Shown here in pieces: positions 1 through 9,528 of a DNA stretch of 32,339 nt. The stretch is taken from the NCBI RefSeq assembly GCF_006345805.1, contig NW_021832361.1, positions 1-32,339 on the forward strand. The letters run 5' to 3'. Under the pieces are notes generated by a model that was not told where the DNA came from, ran no database searches, and saw only the letters and a list, made by a program, of their open reading frames with translations. A program made the translations under genes and the position numbers. Numbering within the stretch: the first letter of the stretch is position 1; each line of letters opens with the position of its first letter. The stretch is from Octopus sinensis. Lineage: Eukaryota.

Positions 1-303
1 AATACTTTCGTTGCTGTATGCCAGGCATCGTTATAGGCGAAATGGTCATAAATACATCTCATTAAAATACTGATAGAAATATATACACACATACGCACAT
101 ATTCCGAATATGTCTTGCATGTGTGTTTGGAGAATATTTAATTAGAGAATATATATAATCAGAAAGACCACTAAATATTTTTTGTGTTGCGCCAACAGAA
201 CTGGATTCTAAATTCATCCTTTCTTTGTTCGTATATCTCACTAAAATTGCTTGCGTTTTTGCCTATCGCGTAAAACCTTGCACATGAAATCGGTATAATG
301 TGC

Positions 304-305
<2 letters not shown>

Positions 306-383
<78 letters not shown>

Positions 384-444
384 GTGTGGGGGGGTATGTT
401 ATATATGTTATATATTAGATATATTATATATATATATATATATA

Positions 445-480
<36 letters not shown>
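306..480. repeat. Compound (TA)n microsatellite, representative of many (TA)n/(CA)n/(TG)n tracts across the window
   Basis: Directly visible dinucleotide runs. They account for the YI/IY/HT/CV-rich ORFs in the track. Confidence 0.95.
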
Positions 481-1136
481 GTTGTAGTATATAAGTCTAG
501 TTACATATGCATATATGCTCGTTTATGTATATATATATATGCATACATATATACATGCATATATACACACATAATGAATGAAGGAAACAGAAAATGGAGT
601 TAACAAAAGAAATTTATTCAACACAACGATAGTGCTGACGCATCCTCCACCTGTCATTTACAGGTGGGTTGTTGTTGCACAGTTGGCTTGTGTTGCCTCC
701 ATCTTTGCGGGATGACTCTCGTTAGGGGTCACATCTTAACTATGATACTTTGTTACATATACAGAGTTTCACTTGACATCTCATAAACATCTCGACATTT
801 TCTTATCATTTCAACTGCATTCAGTACAGCGCTGAGAACATTTCAAAATCGCAGGTACACACACACACGTACATACACAAATGCATGCGCTCTATCACGT
901 GCCAATATATGCATACATGTGTGTCTGCATGGATATGTACAAACACACAGGCACACACACACACACATATTTACACACACACACACATATATAAAAACAT
1001 ATACACACATACATCTATAAATATGGATGTATGTAAACACTCACACACACACACATATATCTATAACTATGTACGTCTGCATATATATATGTATGTAAAT
1101 ACATATATGTACACACATACACATACATATATATAT

Positions 1137-1368
1137 ATTTCTTTACTACCCACAAGGGGCTAAACATAGAGGGGACAAACAAGGACAGACAAAGGGATTA
1201 AGTCGATTACATCGACCCCAGTGCGTAACTGGTACTTTATTTCTCGACCCCGAAAAGATGAAAGGAAAAGTCGACCTCGGCGGAATTTGAACTCAGAACG
1301 TAACGATAGACGAAATACCGCTAAGCACATCGCCCGGCGCGCTAACGTTTCCGCCAGCTCGCCGCCTT
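1137..1368 (-). mobile_element. tRNA-derived SINE, family A, near full-length monomer
   Basis: Minus strand reads AAGGCGGCGAGCTGGCGGAAACGTTAGC (A-box-like)...GAGTTCAAATTCC (B-box)...CCTTTCATCTTTTCGGGGTCGAG...GTCGATGTAATCGAC...GTAGTAAAGAAAT. High similarity to copies at 8147, 16972, 23717 and 29620. Confidence 0.93.
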
Positions 1369-1754
1369 AAATATATATATATTAGTGTATATACGCATGT
1401 GTGTGCACGCCAGATGTCGAGAAGTTACCATGGCTGTACTAAAGGCGGCTAAAGTGATAAGCAAAATGTCGAGATGTGTATGAGACGTGTAGAAGGAAGT
1501 TCGGAAGGCGACAAACGTGTTGAAATATATTTCGAAATAAGAACGGCAGCAAAATATCTTAAATATACGTATTAACGGAGGGAATATTCTCGCGGGAAAA
1601 AACACTGATTGAATTGAACAGTAATGTCTAAACAGACAGCATCAGTAATTCGCTCCGATATCGGTATCTTATCTTGTCAGAAATTATCGATTCATAGATA
1701 TTTACTAATACGATATTTAAAATATATTATGGTGATTTTGCAGTCGATGTTTAT

Positions 1755-1840
1755 TGTCGTTGTTGCTGTTGCTGTTGTTGTTGTTGTTGTTGTTGTTGTT
1801 GACGTCGTCGTTGTTGTTGTTTTCGTCGCTGTTGTTGTTC
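1755..1840. repeat. (GTT)n/(GCT)/(GTC) trinucleotide microsatellite
   Basis: Visible run of GTT with variant units. Confidence 0.9.
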
Positions 1841-1991
1841 TTGTATGGTGATGACACGTTGTGTGCGGACATTGTTGCTGAAATGACTTACGCGTTTCAC
1901 TGTTTGACCCAAATTTGCACTCCTCGCCTTTAATTTTTGGGAATACGAATCAAATAAAGAAAAAAAGGGGACAGAAACGAAATGAGAGCGG

Positions 1992-2013
1992 AGAAGAAGA
2001 AGAAGAAGAAGAA

Positions 2014-2045
<32 letters not shown>

Positions 2046-2340
2046 AGAAAAAGAAGAAGAAGTAGAAGAAGAGGAAGAAAAAGAGGAAGAAAAAGAAGAA
2101 GAAGAAGAAGAATAGGAAGAAGAAGAAAAAGAAGAAGAAGTAGAAGAAGAAGAAGAAAAAGAGGAAGAAGAAGAAAAAGAAGAAGAAGAAGAAAAAGAGG
2201 AAGAAGAAGAAGAATAATAAGAAGAAGAAGCGGAAGAAGAAGAAGAAGAAGGAGAGGAAGAAGAAGAAGGAGAAGAAAAAGAAGAAGGAGAAGAAAAAGA
2301 AGAAGGAGAAGAAAAAGAAGAAGGAGAAGAAGAGGAAGAA

Positions 2341-2395
<55 letters not shown>

Positions 2396-2530
2396 GAGGA
2401 GAAGAAGAAGAAGGGAGAAGAAGGAGAATAATAAGAAGCGGAAGAAGAAGGAAAAGAAGAAGAAGAAAGAAGAAGAAGAAAAAGGAGGAGAAGAAGAAGA
2501 AGAAGAAGCAAAAGAAATGATGATGAAGAA
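1992..2530. repeat. Long polypurine (GAA)n/(GAG)/(GGA) tract, about 540 bp
   Basis: Almost pure A/G on the + strand. The poly-Glu frame is broken by TAG (2113) and TAATAA (2215). It gives rise to the poly-L/F/S minus-strand ORFs. Confidence 0.95.
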
Positions 2531-2696
2531 GATACTGCTGTTGTTTATGTTGATGAGGATCATCATCATCAGGATACATAGAAATGAGGACAGAGAGAGG
2601 AAGTAGGAGGAGGAAGAAGAAAATAAGTAAGACGGGGCGAGGAGGAGGAGATATTGTAAAGTAGATGATGAAGAGAAGATTTTACACTCAACATAT

Positions 2697-3121
2697 ACTT
2701 ACTCTTTTACTCTTTACTCTTTTACTTGTTTTAGTCATTTGACTGCGGCCATGCTGGAGCACCGCCTTTAGTCGAGCAAATCGACCCCGGGACTTATTCT
2801 TTGTAAGCCCAGTACTTATTCTATCGGTCTGTTTTTGCCGAACCGCTAGGTGACGGGGACGTAAACACACCAGCATCGGTTGTCAAGCAATGCTAGGGGG
2901 ACAAACACAGACACACAAACATACACGCACACATCTATACATATATATACATATATACGACATGCTTCTTTCAGTTTCTGTCTACCAAATCCACACACAA
3001 GGCATTGGTCGGCCCGAGGCTATAGCAGAAGACACTTGCCCAAGATGCCACGCAGTGGGACTGAACCCAGAACCATGTGGTTGGTAGCCAAGCTACTTAC
3101 CACACAGCCACTCCTGCGCCT
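2697..3121 (-). mobile_element. tRNA-derived SINE, family B (CORE-like), full length
   Basis: Minus strand: head AGGCGCAGGAGTGGCTGTGTGG (A-box), GGTTCAGTCCC (B-box-like), CTTGGGCAAGTG segment resembling the CORE-SINE core, internal TA/TG microsatellite, 3' body, and a tandem (AAAAGAGT)-type tail at 2697-2726. Confidence 0.9.
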
Positions 3122-4278
3122 TGAATATAATTTTGGAGAAATATATATATTTCAGGGCTAAAATTTTTTGCGACTGCATCATTTTCTGTGTGGTGCCAGT
3201 GGATGAAAAAAACCGTGACAGAACACAGATTTTTGTTTGAAGTGATATATGTAACTAACAGCGCAGAGATAAGACGCTGACGTTTTTAGATTGATATTCA
3301 AGTGCTTCTGAAGCGGTATGTAGAACTGAAATAAGATGGTGAAAAGAAGATCAAGCAAAGAAATGTTTCTCATTAGTGTAACACTTTCTGGCATTCAAAA
3401 GAGTCTACATCCTACAAACGAAGAAATTCGGCGATATTTCCATCGCATGAAGAACAACAATCCTCAAATGCAAGTAAATCACATTGCTTGTTGCTGTGTA
3501 ACACATGATCAGCACACGAAATGTGATAGTGACTGTTGTTGATGGTTGAATAAGATTATTTCAATACATAAAAAAGCGAGTATACCGACTATCAGAATAA
3601 ATCTTGTGAATGGTAGAGAATTAGAATTACTATAGGAACGCAAATGGCCGGAATCTCTGAAAGTAGAAAATGTATAAAAGAGCCGGAGGAACCAAGGAAT
3701 TTCAGGGGGCTTGTGTTGTCACAAAATGTTTTTAGATCCCTGTCAATTTTTGTACCTCATTTTTCATTCACTGGCACCACACACGATAATGGTGCATTCA
3801 CAAAAAAATTTGACCTTGAAAATGTGACATCCTAATATGTGTCGAATACCGTGCTAAAGTCTTCGGACTCTTTAAACTGTTGTAAATTTCTACTAAATGC
3901 CAACTTATAAGTAAATGGTTTGTATTACATTTCTACAGAAGAATCAATGGCCCTGTTGGAGAAATTTTTAATTCCTAATCATTATATTCTGTAGTAGGAG
4001 CTCGGAATGAGAGGGGAAATGCAAGACGACCAACAAAAACGACCTTGCAAATGTTTTCGGTCAGTTTTATTATATAATGTTCATTTCGAGAAGTTTACTG
4101 TACATTTTTTATTATTTCGTGTGGCTTCCCTTTAACTTGCATAATTGTTTCTATTCGCCTGGGAAGAGATGCGGACAAATCCTTCACCACTTATCAAACT
4201 GTCCTTTAGTAACTGGATGTAATTGGCAGTGTTCAAGTTAACGCCAATTTTATCCAACTTTCTTGAACCAGCACTTTG

Positions 4279-4316
<38 letters not shown>

Positions 4317-4369
4317 GCGTGTATATGTGTGTGTGTGTGTCTATGTGTCTGTGTGTGTGTGTGTGTGTC

Positions 4370-4575
4370 TTGTGTCTCTGTGTGTACCACCACAGTCGCT
4401 TGACAACCGATGTTGATGTGTTTATGTCTCCAAAACTTAGCTGTTCGGCAAAACAGACCTATAGTATAAGTACTGCGCTTAGAAAGAATAAGTCCTGGGG
4501 TGGAGATGTTCGACTAAAGGTGGGGCTCCAGGATGGCCGCAGTCAAAAGACTGAAATAAATTAAAGAATAAAAAA
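4370..4575 (+). mobile_element. SINE family B, 3' half only
   Basis: CGCTTGACAACCGATG...ATAAGTACT...GAATAAGTCCTGGGG...GGCCGCAGTCAAAAGACTGAAA matches the 3' half of the 2697-3121 copy. It begins at a (TG)n tract. Confidence 0.85.
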
Positions 4576-5286
4576 TATATATATATATTCATACATATGT
4601 GTGTGTATGTTTGTATATATGTGAGTGTGTATGCTGGAATATGTTTGTCTGTATGTATGCTCGTAGGTGCTTGCATTTGTCTATATGGATAACTTGAGGC
4701 TTATGTATCCATGCACACGTACATATACCTACTATATGCAACTGTCAAGCTATGGCATATAAATAGAAAAAAGCTCAAACATTATACCAGCAGACAATCG
4801 TAAATATGTAAGTAAATATAATAACATGACAATTTGACACTACAATTAATTGTATTTAATTGAAAACTTGTTCACTCAATACGTTTTTTACTGTGTTATT
4901 CTTTTTCTTTGGCCTTCCATGAGTTCCGGCAAGCAAATGGATCATGTTGTCACAATGTGGAATGTACGGAAAATAGCATTTTACCGCATTAACTAAGATT
5001 ACTCGTATTTTACATACGTCGTTTTCTGTTGTTTTACATGTTCTTAATTTTGATTCCAGTTAACCATTATTCATTCCGGCCAGCTCTTGTCTTGGAGACT
5101 TTATATCAATGACTGTCATCAATCTATTCATTAACGCACAGAGATTTTATATATATAGATATATATATATATATATATAATATATATATGTACATTTTTT
5201 AGAAATACTTGTAGCTGGAATATAATATACAATATGACATGTCTTGTCTTGATTTTAGCTGAATATTGCCAGCTTTTGTTTTCGTA

Positions 5287-5411
<125 letters not shown>

Positions 5412-6000
5412 CAGTTCACAATGGAATACAACCAAAAGGAGCTCCCGTTCTTGGATATACTAATTAAAAAATTAACCTTAAAATAGAAACAGACATTTTT
5501 TACAAAGCCACAGACGCCAAACAATACCTTCTTTTTAATTCATGCCAACCAAGACACACTAAAACAAACATCCCCTTCAACCTTGCAAGAAGGATATGCA
5601 CAATAGTGTCAGAACAAAATACCAGGAACTGCAAGAACTCAAAAACACCCTAATTGACAGACATTACCCAGCTCAACTCATAGCGGATGGGATCAGACGT
5701 GCAACAGAAATCAACATAGAAACTTTAAGAAAGGTTCAACACAACAACACACCTTCCCCGAAAATACTACCTTACATATCTACATACAACCCCAGAAACA
5801 AAGAAGCCTTCAGCATCATCACCCAGACATTTCCATACAAACCAAAAAAACGAACCAAAATAAAAGAATTACAAACAACAATAAAAACACTCAAAACCAT
5901 AAGGCTACACAACCGTAACACTAAATCACTTAAAAAGATTCTCACAAAGGCAAAATTGTCTTCTAAAATTACGGATGCAAAAGAAAAAAAAATGTGGTAG
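5412..6000 (+). pseudogene. PLE reverse transcriptase C-terminal/thumb region, disrupted
   Basis: Motifs FTME, LPFLD, YKATD..QYL, P.HTK.NIPF.LARR. Frame changes near 5466-5471, about 5618 and 5985-5993. Confidence 0.85.
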
Positions 6001-6018
6001 ATCGAACTGTGCAACATT

Positions 6019-6408
6019 CCTAACCTATTGGAAGGATCAGAATTCTTCTTTAAAGAGGGACAGAAATTGAAGATCAAATCTAACTTTACTTGTGCCTCTG
6101 AAAACATAATTTATGTCATTAAATGCTCGGGCTGCCACCAAGACTACGTGGGTTCCACGGGACTATCACTCAGGCGTAGATGCACACTGCATCGACAACA
6201 GATTGCATTCCCAGAATATAGAATGATACCGTTTAGTGAGCACATTGAGAAATGCGCAAAGCAACTGCTGCCACAATTTTTAATCTTCCCATTTTACCAA
6301 TGTGCTTTCGGATCATCAACACAAATGAGACTGAACAAGGAAACATTCTTCATTGAAAAGTACAAACCCAGACTCAATCATCCGAACATACTGACACAGA
6401 GAAATTAA
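6019..6408 (+). pseudogene. PLE GIY-YIG endonuclease domain, open to the stop at 6408
   Basis: FTCASENIIYVIKCSGCHQDYVGSTGLSLRRRCTLH...FSEH...RLNKETFFIEKYKPRLN shows IY...YVG, R, H, E and N in the GIY-YIG spacing, with CxxC between the two tyrosine motifs. Confidence 0.9.
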
Positions 6409-6542
6409 CAAGGGAAAGGGGAAAAAAAATTTTAAGCGATTATCTCCCTTACACCGGAAGAAATCACTCACTACCTCCCCTTATTTAGAAATCTCCTGAA
6501 AATAAATACAACGATAACTCCATGCAATAAACATAACGTCAC

Positions 6543-6581
6543 AAGAAATTGAAAAGCTACACGCGAAACCGGTAATTTCTT
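6543..6581 (+). ncRNA. Minimal type I hammerhead ribozyme motif with variant or degenerate core
   Basis: AAGAAAT (6543-6549) pairs with ATTTCTT (6575-6581). Core (T)TGAAAA, stem II GC-TACAC-GC, GAAA (6565-6568), palindromic stem III ACCGGT, GUA triplet. It lies about 135 nt after the PLE endonuclease stop. Confidence 0.6.
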
Positions 6582-6717
6582 TAAAAAATTTTTAAATTAT
6601 GTCAATTTAAGGAAAGGAAAAAAATTTTTCCCAATTCTCCAGACATTTTGACACAAATATATATATTTTTTAACATTTAAGCCTTCTGTCGTTTTTTCAC
6701 AACTTTACTATTTTCTT

Positions 6718-6725
6718 ATATATAT

Positions 6726-6783
<58 letters not shown>
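6718..6783. repeat. (TA)n microsatellite at the 3' end of the PLE
   Basis: Visible TA run. Confidence 0.95.
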
Positions 6784-6786
<3 letters not shown>

Positions 6787-7408
6787 TATGGGTGGAGTTG
6801 TGTCCACCAAATACTTCCCCGTCTGCGTCGAATCCTACTGTTTCGCAGATTCACACAACGATGCCCTTACATTAAATTTTCTTATATATATATAAATTCT
6901 TATCTCGGGGTCACTTGGCACAAATAATATCTTTACATCTGGGAATAAGTTTTTGGTACTTTTTACGCTTTGCTTTATTGTCCTCGTCTTCCGGAATGTT
7001 ACATGCAGAATTTCTGAAGAGTTCAGTCTGCTTCATAATTCCATCAATTCTCGTAGGTGGATCTTTTGACGATCTCTCCTAAAATGTCTTTGCACCTCGA
7101 CTGCGTTTTCAAATTTTCAGTATCACTTCAGAAACGAAAGACAACTTATATGTGCCCAATGATAAACCTACGCCCCTAAATTATTTCAAATGTCTGAAAC
7201 CTAAAACAGAAACTAAAATTTAGACAATTATGAAATCTGTATACAAATCATTTTAGATCGCACCATTTATATATATAAGTTGAGCAAAATTTAGATTCAG
7301 ATGAATATGGTACTTAAGTTAAAGGTACCAGAATTTGGTATGGCATTATCCATATAAATCAAATGGGGTGATTATAATCAAAATACGCCACAAGGATATC
7401 CAAGGTAG

Positions 7409-7497
7409 TGTAGTACAATCGTTTCATGCTATTTCATTTTATTAAACACTGTAAGTATTACATCAGATTTTAAAATGTCGAGCCATCTTCAGCCACA
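7409..7497 (-). ncRNA. Type I hammerhead ribozyme motif with an extended stem II
   Basis: Minus strand TGTGG CTGAAGA (7492-7486), a 60-nt stem II region containing GCT/AGC, CATTTTA/TAAAATG and TGTAA/TTACA, then GAAA (7425-7422), CGATTGTA, CTACA. Confidence 0.55.
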
Positions 7498-7525
7498 TAT
7501 AGAATTGTTGATTAAAAATTCTATA

Positions 7526-7565
7526 TGTGGCTGAAGATTGCGCGACATGAAACGATTGTACTACA
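7526..7565 (+). ncRNA. Minimal type I hammerhead ribozyme motif
   Basis: TGTGG / CTGAAGA (7531-7537) / TTGCGCGACAT / GAAA (7549-7552) / CGATTG-T-A (predicted cut after 7560) / CTACA. Stem I has 5 bp with one G.U, and stem II is weak. Confidence 0.6.
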
Positions 7566-8146
7566 CTACCTTGGATATCTTGTTGCATATTTTGATTATA
7601 TATATATATATATATACATACTTTATTTACTATACGCGTAACTTATAGTATTTTGATTAACGAGTGCATTTGCTATGTTTGTACAAAATTTGCCATAAGA
7701 AAGTTATGTAGTTGATTAATTGCTAAAGTGTTAATCGTAATTATTTTGGTATTTAATTAATTAAGAATTAATAGAAACTTAAATTGTCTAATTAAACTTA
7801 ATTTATAACCTGGGGAATCATAAGATAACTATATGTCTTGATATTCTACACTATAGATAAAGATGGATATCTTTACTGTTATGTAAATTCCCCATTAAAT
7901 AAAAATTTGGTCGTGCATATATGTGTGCGGGAATGTGTCACATGCACATATCAGCTGCATCGTTTGTCAAAAAAGACAGGAATGAGAAATGTAGAAAGAT
8001 TAATTTGCTGCAGGGAGACTAAGTGTCTAAGCAAAAATCGGCTTTCAAGCGAATTCCACCATATATAGAGACATACACATATACTTATATACATACACAT
8101 ACAAATTTACATGCATAGACATAAATACACATACATATAAACATAT

Positions 8147-8378
8147 ATTTCTTTACTGCCCACAAGGGGCTAAACATAGAGGGGACAAACAACGACAGAC
8201 AAAGGGATTAAGTCGATTACATCGAACCCAGTACGTAACTGGCGCTTAATTTATCGACCCCGAAAGGATGAAAGGCAAAGTCGACCTCGGCGGAATTTGA
8301 ACTCACGACGTAACGGCAGACGAAATACCGCTAAGCATTTCGCCCGGTGTGCTAGCGTTTCTGCCAGCTCGCCGCCCT
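8147..8378 (-). mobile_element. SINE family A monomer
   Basis: Same head, A/B boxes, body and GTAAAGAAAT end as 1137-1368. Confidence 0.93.
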
Positions 8379-8424
8379 TACACACATATATACATAATTA
8401 CATATATATATACGTATATTGATG

Positions 8425-8695
8425 CTGTGACTACAAACAGAATAAAAAAAGAGTATCCTGTATATCCCGGAAAATATGGAACTCACGTCCTGTCTGCATT
8501 TAAAAAAGATTGTATCCCAAAATGCTGCTACAGTACAAGTGCTAGCACCAACATTTGGCATATTGGACAAGTCCCTCGATGAGATACGCAGCCTGGATTT
8601 CAAGACCAGACAAGTACTCACTAGTTCTGGTAACTCCGCAACGACACCGATACGATTTATGTGATTCGAAGTGACAGCGCTAAAAGCATTATGTC
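8425..8695 (+). mobile_element. Non-LTR retrotransposon RT C-terminal fragment, R4/Dong-like, frameshifted
   Basis: Across frames: RIKKEY..RKIWNS / LSAFKK / VLAPTFGILDKSLDEIRSLDFKTRQVLTSSGN / RNDTDTIYVIRSDS. This resembles the 'FGI..W...EI..LD.KTR..LT.....H...D.DRLY..R..GGRGL' stretch of R4-clade RTs. Confidence 0.7.
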
Positions 8696-8727
8696 ACTCC
8701 CAACGGCCTTTCAATGTAACGCATTGT

Positions 8728-8837
8728 AAGGCGGCGAGCTCGCAAAAACCTTCTCAGTTGAAATTCCGCCAAGGTCGACTTTGTCTTTCATCCCCTCGGG
8801 ATCGATAAATTAACTACTAGTTGCGTCCTGGGGTCGA

Positions 8838-8843
<6 letters not shown>
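8728..8843 (+). mobile_element. SINE family A, internally deleted and 3'-truncated
   Basis: AAGGCGGCGAGCT head is joined directly to TTCTCAGTTGAAATTCCGCC, consistent with a deletion between two ACGTT-like repeats. The body ends at (TA)n. Confidence 0.85.
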
Positions 8844-8876
<33 letters not shown>

Positions 8877-9149
8877 AAATAACCGAGTAACAATCTCAGA
8901 GCTAACTAACGAGGGTGAGTGCCTATTACATTTACTGGAGTAGTTTCTGTTATTGTACACTTAGTGTAGATGAAATAACTGCTTAATCTCTCTGAATTTA
9001 CCTATAACTGATTAGATATGAGAAAAATATATTCGATATTCGAGAATGAAGTCATTGCTATTCAGTAAAGAAGCGAATTGCGAGGATGGTCATGATAAAA
9101 ATGTTTTTGCATACACATTTGTCAATCTGCGTTGATAACTTAATTTTTT

Positions 9150-9271
9150 CACCCAAAACAATATACATTTCCGCACTAAAATTATTTGTATTTCGACACT
9201 CAGAAAAACATTTTCATTTCGACGCCGAAAACAGTCTACACTCCAAGGACAAAACGTTCTTCGGTTCCAAA

Positions 9272-9304
<33 letters not shown>

Positions 9305-9528
9305 ACGTTGCAAAACTCAAACCAACGTTGCGTTTCTATATACAAATCAACCTGTATTTCCAATTTCATACACAAATCTACATTAATCTACATTTCCACG
9401 CGAAAAAGAAATTCTGTTTCCACACTCAAAAAACTATAATTTTTTATATACAAAACAGTATATATTTCCGCTTCTTTGCAAAAATGAATCTACATTTACA
9501 CACTAAAAAAATATCTGCTTTCCACACT
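9150..9528. repeat. Degenerate ~24-nt minisatellite (approximate consensus AAAAANNNATCTACATTTCCACACT) containing a 30-nt poly-A at 9274-9303
   Basis: Recurring units such as aaaacaatatacatttccgcact, aatctacatttccacgcg, aaaaagaaattctgtttccacactc, aaaaatgaatctacatttacacact, aaaaaaatatctgctttccacact. Confidence 0.55.

Larger units (their letters stand above)
5412..6717 (+). mobile_element. Penelope-like retroelement (PLE), 5'-truncated and frameshifted, probably Neptune-type
   Basis: Across frameshifts it encodes QFTMEYNQKELPFLDILIKK / ETDIFYKATDAKQYLLFNSCQPRHTKTNIPFNLARRICTIV / QELKNTLIDRHYP...LPYISTYNP...LKKILTKAKL, i.e. the PLE RT C-terminus with the LPFLD motif and thumb. A KCGRSNCAT(C) linker and a GIY-YIG domain follow. 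A hammerhead motif lies in the 3' region, and both ends meet (TA)n. Confidence 0.9.
7373..7600. mobile_element. Foldback element with hammerhead motifs, probably an inverted PLE pseudo-LTR remnant
   Basis: 7373-7428 is the reverse complement of 7546-7600, and 7475-7506 of 7517-7548, with a 10-nt loop. The right end runs into (TA)n. Confidence 0.7.

Noticed and set aside
1137-1368. tRNA-like heads of the SINEs as true tRNA genes
   Set aside because: A/B boxes are present, but there is no complete cloverleaf, and the heads continue into repeated SINE bodies.
1751-2579. Long minus-strand ORFs (272, 193, 209 aa) and the plus-strand poly-Glu ORF
   Set aside because: They are translations of the (GAA)n/(TTC)n tract (poly-L, poly-F, poly-S, poly-E), and the Glu frame has internal stops.
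6937-7078. Minus-strand open segment ERSSKDPPTRIDG...NKAKRKKYQKLIPR between AG and GTAAAG
   Set aside because: The acceptor is weak and the peptide unrecognised. The faint resemblance to a transposase C-terminus is not supportable without a search.
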